From: a virus
IMG/VR virus record: IMGVR_UViG_3300003375_000013
Coordinates: 64,001 to 128,000 of that record
Length of the DNA stretch: 64,000 bases
Reading direction: 5' to 3' (one strand)
Shown here piece by piece: positions 1 to 6,686 of this stretch (positions are counted from its first letter, which is position 1; each line of letters opens with the position of its first letter). The translations under genes and the position numbers were made by a program. The notes beneath the pieces were generated by a model. It was not told the DNA's origin, made no database searches, and worked only from the letters and a program-made list of their open reading frames with translations.

Positions 1-75
1 GGCGGGCCCTTATAAAGCCCGGAGACTGGTCAGATGGGCTGGAACGGCAGGGATCGTAACCCTGATCTACTACCA
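1..75 (+). tRNA. 3' part of tRNA-Ile(TAT)-like gene with 27-nt variable region (5' end outside window)
   Basis: Anticodon arm GGGCC-CTTATAA-AGCCC (4-20), T arm CAGGG-ATCGTAA-CCCTG (48-64), acceptor 3' strand ATCTACT-A-CCA (65-75). Confidence 0.65.
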
Positions 76-81
76 AATATT

Positions 82-158
82 GCGTCCGTAGCTCAACTGG
101 ATAGAGTTCTGGTCTTCGAAACCAGCTGTTGGGAGTTCGAATCTCTCCGGACGCACCA
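82..158 (+). tRNA. tRNA-Arg(TCG)
   Basis: Cloverleaf; CTGGT-CTTCGAA-ACCAG; TTCGAAT T loop; encoded CCA. Confidence 0.95.
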
Positions 159-165
159 CAGTAAT

Positions 166-242
166 ACCTGTTTAGCTCAGCTGGTTAGAGCACCATCTTG
201 ATAAGGTGGGGGTCTCTGGTTCGATTCCAGAAACAGGTACCA
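166..242 (+). tRNA. tRNA-Ile(GAT)
   Basis: ACCTGTT/AACAGGT acceptor; CCATC-TTGATAA-GGTGG; CCA. Confidence 0.95.
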
Positions 243-243
243 G

Positions 244-251
244 TATAAATA
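244..251 (+). promoter_or_regulatory. T4-type late promoter TATAAATA
   Basis: Exact TATAAATA, 5 nt before ATG 257. Confidence 0.75.
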
Positions 252-256
252 CTATT

Positions 257-763
257 ATGAAAATCATAGAACTATTAACAGAATCTACAAGCCAGTTTGA
301 TCCATTATTAATTGAATTTTGGAAATCTAGTAGCCCAGCAGATTTGAAATATTTCTTTGTTCAAAACAACTGCTATGGGGCATCGCAGTCTTTTATGGAA
401 TTTCTTGAAAATAAAGGAATTCACACAGCAGAAATTGTACCAATTGGCCGTGTACGCAATGGTAAAAAAACTGAAGGATGGTTTCATGCAGATGTTCCAG
501 ATACAACATTAGATGCATTTACTAAGGAAGATATAGCTGCATGTAAAAGTCAAGGTTTAGATCCTCGTAAAAAAGCAGATCGAATTGCATATATTACCAA
601 CAACAATCTTGAAGACGAGTTCAAATGGATTCCCCATAGTTGGGTAGAAGTTCGTGGACAAATTTTAGATCCCAGCGGATTTTACATTGACGGTAAGAGC
701 GGTCAGTTCGACCATTTAGTACACAACAAATCAAATTTATCACAACGATATCAATATTTTTAA
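257..763 (+). CDS. Putative virion-packaged protein with transglutaminase/papain-like Cys-His-Asp motif
   Basis: Start moved to ATG 257 (track start lies inside tRNA-Ile); N-terminus MKIIELLTES; NNCYGAS...PHSWVEV...ILDPS. Confidence 0.55.
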   Translation: MKIIELLTESTSQFDPLLIEFWKSSSPADLKYFFVQNNCYGASQSFMEFLENKGIHTAEIVPIGRVRNGKKTEGWFHADVPDTTLDAFTKEDIAACKSQGLDPRKKADRIAYITNNNLEDEFKWIPHSWVEVRGQILDPSGFYIDGKSGQFDHLVHNKSNLSQRYQYF

Positions 764-766
764 AAT

Positions 767-841
767 GGGTGCTTCATCTAATTGGCAAGATTGTGGATTC
801 CAAATCCATTCATCTAGGTTCGAGTCCTAGGGTGCCCGCCA
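767..841 (+). tRNA. tRNA-Trp(CCA)
   Basis: GTGGA-TTCCAAA-TCCAT; TTCGAGT; CCA; acceptor stem has three G-U pairs. Confidence 0.9.
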
Positions 842-861
842 AATTAACCTGAGAGGTCGTA

Positions 862-1332
862 ATGAAGTTCAACATACCACAAATCAAAGAGTTCATAGAT
901 AGACAAGGTCCCAACACTAAAATTTATATTGGTGTTGACTCGGAGCGAATTAAAAAAGGTACACAATGGTACGCTGACTATACGGCAGCTATCGTTGTTC
1001 ACTTAGATGGAAAACATGGTTGTAAGCTGTTTGGTGAGGTAACTCGTGAAAGAGATTACGACCGAGTTGACAAACCTAACACTAGGCTTATGACCGAAGT
1101 TTTTAAAGTTTCGGAACTGTATCTTAAACTAGCAGAAGTTCTGGAAAATCGTGAGGTTTCGGTACATTTAGATATTAATCCGAATGATCAACATGCCAGC
1201 TCTAATGTAGTGGCACAAGCTATTGGATATATTCGCGGTACTTGTAATGTAGAGCCACAAGTTAAGCCACATGCATGGGCTGCTTCGTATGCTGCGGATA
1301 GGTTTAAAGGTTTAAAAGTTGCTAATTCTTAA
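862..1332 (+). CDS. RNase H-like protein, YkuK/DUF458 family
   Basis: YIGVDS...AIVVH...RLMTEV...VHLDIN...KPHAWAASYAAD motifs; GAGG Shine-Dalgarno. Confidence 0.75.
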   Translation: MKFNIPQIKEFIDRQGPNTKIYIGVDSERIKKGTQWYADYTAAIVVHLDGKHGCKLFGEVTRERDYDRVDKPNTRLMTEVFKVSELYLKLAEVLENREVSVHLDINPNDQHASSNVVAQAIGYIRGTCNVEPQVKPHAWAASYAADRFKGLKVANS

Positions 1333-2004
1333 AAATGAAGGATCACGGCCTTTATGAAATCCTTCCGGAATTGGATCACAAACAGGATGCTTACGACTTA
1401 AAGTTCCGTTTGTGATCCAGCAAAATTTTCCAATAGATTTTTTACGGCCTTTATCCATAGCATCTAATACAGATTGTGGTCTCTTTTTTCCGGCCATTGG
1501 ATTAGGTTTTCCTGCGCTAACTTGTTCTTGTCGTATTTTACTTAAGTGTTCGGAGCGAATCTGTTTTAATTCTTTTGCTTTTTCATTTCCGTAAATTTCT
1601 TCATAAGTTTTGCCTTTAAGAATTCCTTTTCTGCCTTTGGAAATATTAGTGCGAGATTCAGGAGAAGTTGAACTAAAACGATTATGACCAAGTGTTTTAT
1701 CAAAATAATGTTTGTTTAAACATAATGGATTTTTAATATTTTCTTTAATTAAATCTTGTTCAAACCAATAAGCATCATCACTAGCTGTTTCAGTGTAAAA
1801 TTCAGCAACAACCGACCATATAAAGTCATTAAAGTTGTCTTTTACTAGCTGTGCAGATGAACATGTGTTATAATGAAATCCTAAATCTAAATGAGATTGA
1901 ATTTTATTTTTTTCACGATATCCGATATAAAATTGACCGGTAACTTTATGAATGCCAATATAGACATAAGGATAATTTTTATTTTTATATAAATGATTTT
2001 TCAT
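1312..2004 (-). CDS. Free-standing homing endonuclease (GIY-YIG-like N-terminus, NUMOD3-like basic repeats)
   Basis: YVYIGIHKVTGQFYIGYR; ESRTNISKGRKG; NPMAGKKR; TATAAATA 5 nt upstream of ATG 2004. Confidence 0.75.
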   Translation of the reverse strand: MKNHLYKNKNYPYVYIGIHKVTGQFYIGYREKNKIQSHLDLGFHYNTCSSAQLVKDNFNDFIWSVVAEFYTETASDDAYWFEQDLIKENIKNPLCLNKHYFDKTLGHNRFSSTSPESRTNISKGRKGILKGKTYEEIYGNEKAKELKQIRSEHLSKIRQEQVSAGKPNPMAGKKRPQSVLDAMDKGRKKSIGKFCWITNGTLSRKHPVCDPIPEGFHKGRDPSFLRISNF

Positions 2005-2075
2005 ATAAGTATTTATACATCTAGACATTAATCAGAGAGAAAAATGAGAGTAACAACTAAAAAGGATGTAAAATT

Positions 2076-2321
2076 ATGCCATTAGATAATAGCATGTATC
2101 CCACCATGCAGGAAGATGTGTGGATGCCACGATTATCAGTTTATGATAAGTGTTTTGCTTGGTTACCACATCGGTGTACTCAAAGTAACTGTGTAATATG
2201 GTTACGGTGGGGTCGTAGATATCAGCGGTGGGTTGGATATGGGGATGGTCGTTACTTGAAATACATATGGTTAACTGAAAAGGAATACCTAATGTATTGT
2301 TTAAAGGCAGGCAATGAGTAA
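2076..2321 (+). CDS. Small hypothetical protein (F/Y-x-LK C-terminal family)
   Basis: ORF; ends EYLMYCLKAGNE; overlaps next gene. Confidence 0.6.
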   Translation: MPLDNSMYPTMQEDVWMPRLSVYDKCFAWLPHRCTQSNCVIWLRWGRRYQRWVGYGDGRYLKYIWLTEKEYLMYCLKAGNE

Positions 2322-2775
2322 CATCACAAAAGGTCGTAAGAGTTATGACAGTACTATGGGTAACACCATAGTACCGTTCTTTAATCGCAATGTAACACCT
2401 TATCCCACTGAAGCTGGTGGTCCTAAGTTTGATCTAGTTCCAGTTACACAACAAAAAGACATTATGATTAATAATGCCCGCTTGTATGCTCAGCAGGAAT
2501 ATGATAGAATAATGGAATTAGTAGCAGTATTAGAAAGACAAGCAGGAGATATTAAGCGTCGATTAGACATGACTGACTTAGTACACAGTTGTAAATATGA
2601 TTTTCAGCTGAGTATGGGTCATGTGTATTGGGTAGTTAAAGATACACGCAAGAATATAACGATACTAACTGGCATGTCGCCAACTGATTGGACTAGTGGT
2701 GTTCCAGTTGATTATGAATATTTAATACAAGTAAGATATCTAGGAGATCACTCCTGGATGGAAGTAACTGAGTAA
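2314..2775 (+). CDS. DUF2452-like phage protein
   Basis: PYPTEAGGPKF...EYDRIMELV...LVHSCKYDFQLSMGHVYWV resembles DUF2452 of T4-like phages. Confidence 0.55.
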   Translation: MSNITKGRKSYDSTMGNTIVPFFNRNVTPYPTEAGGPKFDLVPVTQQKDIMINNARLYAQQEYDRIMELVAVLERQAGDIKRRLDMTDLVHSCKYDFQLSMGHVYWVVKDTRKNITILTGMSPTDWTSGVPVDYEYLIQVRYLGDHSWMEVTE

Positions 2776-2780
2776 GTAAT

Positions 2781-2863
2781 GCCCCGGTGGTGGAACGGTC
2801 TACACAGCGGTCTTAGAAGCCGTCCTTAATTGGGTGCGAGTTCGAATCTCGCCTGGGGCACCA
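2781..2863 (+). tRNA. tRNA-Leu(TAG)
   Basis: GCGGT-CTTAGAA-GCCGT, long variable arm, CCA. Confidence 0.95.
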
Positions 2864-2868
2864 TATAT

Positions 2869-2953
2869 GCGAAAGTGGAGAAATTGGTATATTCACTAGA
2901 TTCAAAATCTTGCGCTGCAAGGCATGCGGGTTCGAGTCCCGCCTTTCGCACCA
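2869..2953 (+). tRNA. tRNA-Leu(CAA)
   Basis: CTAGA-TTCAAAA-TCTTG, long variable arm, CCA. Confidence 0.93.
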
Positions 2954-2959
2954 TAATAT

Positions 2960-2988
2960 TTGACAGTAATAGTAAAGCACTATATAAT
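2960..2988 (+). promoter_or_regulatory. Consensus sigma70 promoter
   Basis: TTGACA-17 nt-TATAAT. Confidence 0.9.
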
Positions 2989-2998
2989 AGTAACATGC

Positions 2999-3084
2999 GG
3001 GGATGTGGCGAAATTTGGTATATGCAAGGCGCTTAAAACGCCTCGCCGTAAGGCATGCCGGTTCGAGTCCGGCCATCCCCACCA
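2999..3084 (+). tRNA. tRNA-Leu(TAA)
   Basis: AGGCG-CTTAAAA-CGCCT, long variable arm, CCA. Confidence 0.95.
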
Positions 3085-3103
3085 AAGATAGTTGAAGTAC
3101 AAT

Positions 3104-3174
3104 GCGGGATTAGTTTAATGGTAAAACTACAGATTTCCAATCTGTTGTTATCAGTTCGATTCTGATATTCCGCT
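3104..3174 (+). tRNA. tRNA-Gly(TCC), no encoded CCA
   Basis: ACAGA-TTTCCAA-TCTGT; TTCGATT; discriminator T followed by CAT. Confidence 0.9.
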
Positions 3175-3194
3175 CATTTTACTTAGATTTGTGA

Positions 3195-3266
3195 GCAGGA
3201 TTAATTCAGCGGTAGAATGTCTCGTTGCCAACGAGAATGCCATCGGTTCGATCCCGATATCCTGCT
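3195..3266 (+). tRNA. tRNA-Gly(GCC), no encoded CCA, acceptor stem extended by 12 perfect bp
   Basis: TCTCG-TTGCCAA-CGAGA; flanks TTAGATTTGTGA (3183-3194) / TCACAAATCTAA (3266-3277). Confidence 0.9.
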
Positions 3267-3284
3267 CACAAATCTAAACAGAGT

Positions 3285-3349
3285 ACTCCTTATATGACAG
3301 TTGAACAAGGTCATATAAGGGAAGGACAGTGTTCAACCTGTCCGAGAGT
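3285..3349 (+). ncRNA. Unclassified two-hairpin RNA with complementary (kissing) loops
   Basis: 11-bp hairpin 3288-3320 and 6-bp hairpin 3324-3343; loop sequences GTTGAACA and TGTTCAAC are exact reverse complements. Confidence 0.6.
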
Positions 3350-3354
3350 TTTTA

Positions 3355-3432
3355 GGGGGATGGGTCTGCTCGGAGTGGACACCTGCTTTGCAAGCAGGAA
3401 TCAGAACGGTTCGAATCCGTTATTCTCCACCA
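3355..3432 (+). tRNA. tRNA-Ala(TGC)
   Basis: CCTGC-TTTGCAA-GCAGG; G3:U70 identity pair; CCA. Confidence 0.93.
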
Positions 3433-3437
3433 ATTAG

Positions 3438-3466
3438 TTGACATTAAATACAATATCATGTATAAT
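3438..3466 (+). promoter_or_regulatory. Consensus sigma70 promoter
   Basis: TTGACA-17 nt-TATAAT. Confidence 0.9.
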
Positions 3467-3485
3467 GTTTACATAGTAAGTCTGT

Positions 3486-3564
3486 TGCGGAGTAGGGGAG
3501 TCTGGTCGTCCCCGCTAGTCTCATAAGCTAGAGATCGTTGGTTCAAATCCTTCCTCCGCTACCA
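3486..3564 (+). tRNA. tRNA-Met(CAT), initiator-like body
   Basis: CTAGT-CTCATAA-GCTAG; T1:T72 mismatch; TTCAAAT T loop; CCA. Confidence 0.85.
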
Positions 3565-3584
3565 TTTTATAACAAGGAGTTAAC

Positions 3585-3803
3585 ATGAAAGCAGTTTTAG
3601 CAATCGTTGTAGCATCACTAGCACTTACTGGATGTGTTGTTGCTGATCCATATTATGTTCAGCCTCGTCCTGTATATGTTCAACCTGCACCAGTTTATGT
3701 GCAACCTAGGCCTGTATATGTAGCTCCTCCTGTTCGCTGTACGTATGTACAACAATGGAATGGTTACACAAGACAGTATCAAAATGTTCGTGTTTGTAGA
3801 TAA
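3585..3803 (+). CDS. Small proline-rich lipoprotein (PXPV-like repeats)
   Basis: Signal peptide with LTGC lipobox; YVQPRPV/YVQPAPV repeats; AAGGAG SD. Confidence 0.7.
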   Translation: MKAVLAIVVASLALTGCVVADPYYVQPRPVYVQPAPVYVQPRPVYVAPPVRCTYVQQWNGYTRQYQNVRVCR

Positions 3804-3811
3804 GGAATAAA

Positions 3812-4039
3812 ATGTTTATCAAAGTATCTAATGCAGCAAAAGATTTTCTTCATAATCCCTTGTACATCAAGGCTGATGTAATTCTAACAGTATACGAAGG
3901 TACTAGTGTTAGAAATGAAGGAACCCCTGATGAATATCAGGAACATGTGACTTTTATCTTTAGTCCTACTCATGGTACTTGGGAAGTTCTAGATAGAGCC
4001 GAGGATGTATACAAGCAATTAGTACAATTAGGTTTATAG
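3812..4039 (+). CDS. Hypothetical protein
   Basis: ORF with AAGGA SD. Confidence 0.7.
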   Translation: MFIKVSNAAKDFLHNPLYIKADVILTVYEGTSVRNEGTPDEYQEHVTFIFSPTHGTWEVLDRAEDVYKQLVQLGL

Positions 4040-4053
4040 TAAAGCAGTTTATT

Positions 4054-4132
4054 CTCCGGTTCGCCTAATCTGGTTATGGCACTTGCTTTGGGAGCAAGAA
4101 TAATGTGAGTTCAAATCCCACACTGGAGACCA
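4054..4132 (+). tRNA. tRNA-Pro(TGG)
   Basis: CTTGC-TTTGGGA-GCAAG; CCA. Confidence 0.93.
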
Positions 4133-4159
4133 TTAATGTAGTTAAAATTTAGGAAATAT

Positions 4160-4414
4160 ATGTCAATTAAAACAGCAGCTAGCCTTATCGATATCAATGT
4201 TTGCGTTAATCAAACAGGCAATAAAAGATATGATTTAGTATTAATCGCAGCAGCGAGAATGCGTGAACTGAAGTTTCATAGGATGGGAACAGATAAGATT
4301 ACACGATGGTCAGAAGTATTACTTGAAATTCAGGAAGGTCGCATTGATCCAACTGAATATTTGAGAAAAATTGAAGCAGTACGCCCTAAAAAACAAAGTA
4401 GGAAGTACAAATAG
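4160..4414 (+). CDS. rpoZ: RNA polymerase omega subunit-like protein
   Basis: GNKRYDLVLIAAARMREL and VLLEIQEGRI match the two conserved helices of RpoZ. Confidence 0.7.
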   Translation: MSIKTAASLIDINVCVNQTGNKRYDLVLIAAARMRELKFHRMGTDKITRWSEVLLEIQEGRIDPTEYLRKIEAVRPKKQSRKYK

Positions 4415-4420
4415 TTTAGT

Positions 4421-4496
4421 TGGAGATTAGCCAAGCTGGTAAGGCAACGGATTTTGATTCCGTCATACACAGGTTCGAACCCTGTATCTCCTGCCA
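4421..4496 (+). tRNA. tRNA-Gln(TTG)
   Basis: ACGGA-TTTTGAT-TCCGT; CCA; T1:T72 mismatch. Confidence 0.93.
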
Positions 4497-4533
4497 AGAA
4501 ATCAATAAATATATGTACTATTAGGAATATTCC

Positions 4534-5154
4534 ATGAAATTTAAAGAGCTATTTGAAATGCCAACTTATAACCCAAAAGAGTTACCTACAACAGATTTTA
4601 AGGTTCATTTAGTGAGCGTAGATACACTTGATCGTGATTATACCTTACTGGAAGCCATACAAGTAGGAGATAAAAAAATTATTGCGGGCTTAAAAAAGGA
4701 TAGATCAATTGCCATAATTGGACCGGCTGTTGTTCGCAATGATGGGAAAACTTCGGTAGAAGTCATGGCTCAAATTGAATTTCACGAAGGCACAGTTAGT
4801 GGCGAAGCTGGCGGTAAAGCGACACTTCAAATTTCTTTAGTAGAAGCTGCCGATAAAGTGCGAGGTTTCGGATACGGATATCAATTATATAAGATGATAT
4901 TAAATCGTGGATTCACAATCGTAAGTGATAATGTACAATATGTAGGTGGCAAAGAACTGTGGTTAAAGATTATTCGCAAAAGTGCTGCTGATAAGCATAA
5001 TGTGTTTATTATGCAACAAGGCAAATACATGCGTGATGAAGCTGGAAATCCAATAGTATTTGATGGTGTTAATATTTCACCAGAAGATATCTGGAGTACA
5101 GATAAGAAAAGTGAAAAGCATTTTTACACTTTACTAGTAGCAAAAAATATCTAA
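4534..5154 (+). CDS. Putative virion-packaged GNAT-fold protein
   Basis: ATAAATA at 4505-4511; N-terminus MKFKELFEMP; VRGFGYGYQLY...SDNVQYVGGKELW acetyl-CoA-binding-like motif. Confidence 0.55.
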   Translation: MKFKELFEMPTYNPKELPTTDFKVHLVSVDTLDRDYTLLEAIQVGDKKIIAGLKKDRSIAIIGPAVVRNDGKTSVEVMAQIEFHEGTVSGEAGGKATLQISLVEAADKVRGFGYGYQLYKMILNRGFTIVSDNVQYVGGKELWLKIIRKSAADKHNVFIMQQGKYMRDEAGNPIVFDGVNISPEDIWSTDKKSEKHFYTLLVAKNI

Positions 5155-5160
5155 TTTCAC

Positions 5161-5236
5161 GGATCGTTAGCTCAGCGGTAGCAGCGGCGCCCTTACAAGG
5201 CGTAGGTCGTAGGTTCAATCCCTACACGATCCACCA
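5161..5236 (+). tRNA. tRNA-Val(TAC)
   Basis: GCGCC-CTTACAA-GGCGT; CCA. Confidence 0.93.
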
Positions 5237-5242
5237 ATCAAT

Positions 5243-5318
5243 GTCAACTTAGCTGATGTGGTCATAGCAGTAGCTTGAAGAGCTTCGGAAAGTGGTTCGA
5301 TTCCACTAGTTGACACCA
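5243..5318 (+). tRNA. tRNA-Phe(GAA)
   Basis: GTAGC-TTGAAGA-GCTTC; CCA. Confidence 0.88.
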
Positions 5319-5342
5319 ATCAATGGTGACTGTGATAATAGG

Positions 5343-5415
5343 GGTGACCATAGTGTAAAATAGGCACCTAACTCTGTGAAAGTTATAGTCTGAGTGAGAC
5401 TTCTCAGTGGTCACC
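5343..5415 (+). tRNA. tRNA-His(GTG)-like, aberrant T loop, no CCA, inside a 26-27 bp helix (5325-5433)
   Basis: G-1/C73; TAACT-CTGTGAA-AGTTA; T arm CTGAG-TGAGACTT-CTCAG; ends CCT; flanks pair with G-U wobbles. Confidence 0.75.
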
Positions 5416-6243
5416 CCTATTGTCATAGTCATCAACTTCACGAACAAGTTGTTCGTAGGTTATTGAAGATTTACTGTGTTTTCTTGAGTTTTTATTCTGT
5501 GGCATCAGATCGCAATTTACTGGATGACGAATGTAGTATTCATCGTAGTTATTGAGCATAGCTTCACTGACTGATACACGATGATCACGAGACAATCCGT
5601 TCATATTTATACCGCGTTTATTATTACCACCGGCATTATAGAACCCAACCCGTGTTAGTTCATTTAAATCGAATAGGTCAGGATAGTGAAACACATTGAA
5701 CTTGAAGTAATATCTGGCCCGGTTTAGTGATTTATGTAAATGTATGTGTTCTTTACAGTAACCTATTTTATATCTGTTCACGAACTTAATTTTACAATGA
5801 CGACAAGTGTTTAGAATGAGTTTAGAGTGAGGTGCGAGTTCTTGTTTAGGCACTCGTCTATCTGCCCAAGTCTTCTTGACTTTTTCGTATAAGGCGTAGT
5901 CTCTTTCGTTGTTGTTATGAGTTGCGCTGCAACTTTGAGAACAGAATGTCAAGTGTCGTTTTTCGTATGATAGTTCCACTGAACATGCTTTGCACTGCTT
6001 AGGAGTTGTTAGATAAACCGTCCTAGAGTATTCTCTTTTACGCTTATGAGCATCAATAGCGCCTTGGTTACCACCACCTTTTTTGCCGCCATTTTTAGCA
6101 TCAAGAATAAGTTGAGGGTCACGAGCTGGACCATATTTTAGTTCATAGTCACGAGTATTAGTGCCATGATTTTTTAAATGAATTCCTGATATTTGGCCGT
6201 TGAAATCACGATGGCATATAGCACAGTTTATTATTTTATACAT
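5404..6243 (-). CDS. HNH homing endonuclease with Zn-finger motifs
   Basis: Several CxxC; SRDHRVSV...HPVNCDLMPQNKNSRK; TAAATA 5 nt upstream of ATG. Confidence 0.75.
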   Translation of the reverse strand: MYKIINCAICHRDFNGQISGIHLKNHGTNTRDYELKYGPARDPQLILDAKNGGKKGGGNQGAIDAHKRKREYSRTVYLTTPKQCKACSVELSYEKRHLTFCSQSCSATHNNNERDYALYEKVKKTWADRRVPKQELAPHSKLILNTCRHCKIKFVNRYKIGYCKEHIHLHKSLNRARYYFKFNVFHYPDLFDLNELTRVGFYNAGGNNKRGINMNGLSRDHRVSVSEAMLNNYDEYYIRHPVNCDLMPQNKNSRKHSKSSITYEQLVREVDDYDNRGDH

Positions 6244-6290
6244 ATACTTATTTAGTCTAACTTGTAAGTTCAGTAAGTATTTGTCACCCC

Positions 6291-6321
6291 AGTTGACATT
6301 TAATTGAAAGTCAACTATAAT
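6291..6321 (+). promoter_or_regulatory. Consensus sigma70 promoter with operator-like inverted repeat
   Basis: TTGACA(6293)-17-TATAAT(6316); AGTTGAC-N12-GTCAACT. Confidence 0.85.
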
Positions 6322-6348
6322 AAGTACTTGTTAAACAAAGGAGCAGTT

Positions 6349-6477
6349 ATGAAAGCGTTCGGATCTAAGCGTTGCTACCACGACTGCCGTGTTGTTCAGG
6401 CAGGTAACGGTAAGAAAATTAAGTTTACCGTTGGCGTGAAGTCACGCAAAAGCGGTCGTAAAATTGAAAAGGAGTAG
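6349..6477 (+). CDS. 42-aa basic protein (not in ORF track)
   Basis: AAGGAG SD; MKAFGSKRCYHDCRVVQAGNGKKIKFTVGVKSRKSGRKIEKE. Confidence 0.65.
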   Translation: MKAFGSKRCYHDCRVVQAGNGKKIKFTVGVKSRKSGRKIEKE

Positions 6478-6479
6478 TT

Positions 6480-6632
6480 ATGAAGTCTAAGATGATCGTG
6501 CCAACACTAAATCCACGAAACCCGTTCGTGATGCTGGCACATAAAAGAAGTGCGGGAAGTCATGCTAAGCCACACAAGGCTCAGCGTAAGTTAGAAAAAC
6601 AAAGGCATTGGGAGAGTAGCTCAATTTGGTAG
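6480..6632 (+). CDS. 50-aa basic protein (not in ORF track), 3' end overlaps tRNA-Lys
   Basis: AAGGAG SD; MKSKMIVPTLNPRNPFVMLAHKRSAGSHAKPHKAQRKLEKQRHWESSSIW. Confidence 0.6.
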   Translation: MKSKMIVPTLNPRNPFVMLAHKRSAGSHAKPHKAQRKLEKQRHWESSSIW

Positions 6633-6686
6633 AGCAAGAAACTTTTAATTTCGAGGCTGTGGGATCATGCCCCATCTCTCCTACCA
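6610..6686 (+). tRNA. tRNA-Lys(TTT), atypical T loop
   Basis: AGAAA-CTTTTAA-TTTCG (A27:G43 mismatch); T loop ATCATGC; CCA. Confidence 0.85.

Noticed and set aside
1-75. tmRNA 3' end
   Set aside because: A canonical 7-nt CU-NNN-AA anticodon loop is present and the acceptor strand does not show the tmRNA/Ala-type CUCCACCA end
206-256. ORF-track N-terminal extensions (206, 6861, 7959, 11691, 19176, 21596, 26645, 27477, 32108, 37026, 38102)
   Set aside because: They run through tRNAs, promoters or upstream genes; downstream ATGs have a late box, an SD or a stop-start overlap
2813-3437. ORFs 2813-3085, 2830-3036, 3225-3437 and 5262-5447
   Set aside because: Translations of tRNA genes
6480-6632. 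ArfA ribosome rescue factor
   Set aside because: Small and basic, but lacks the ArfA LFRQR..K.KKGKGSY motif
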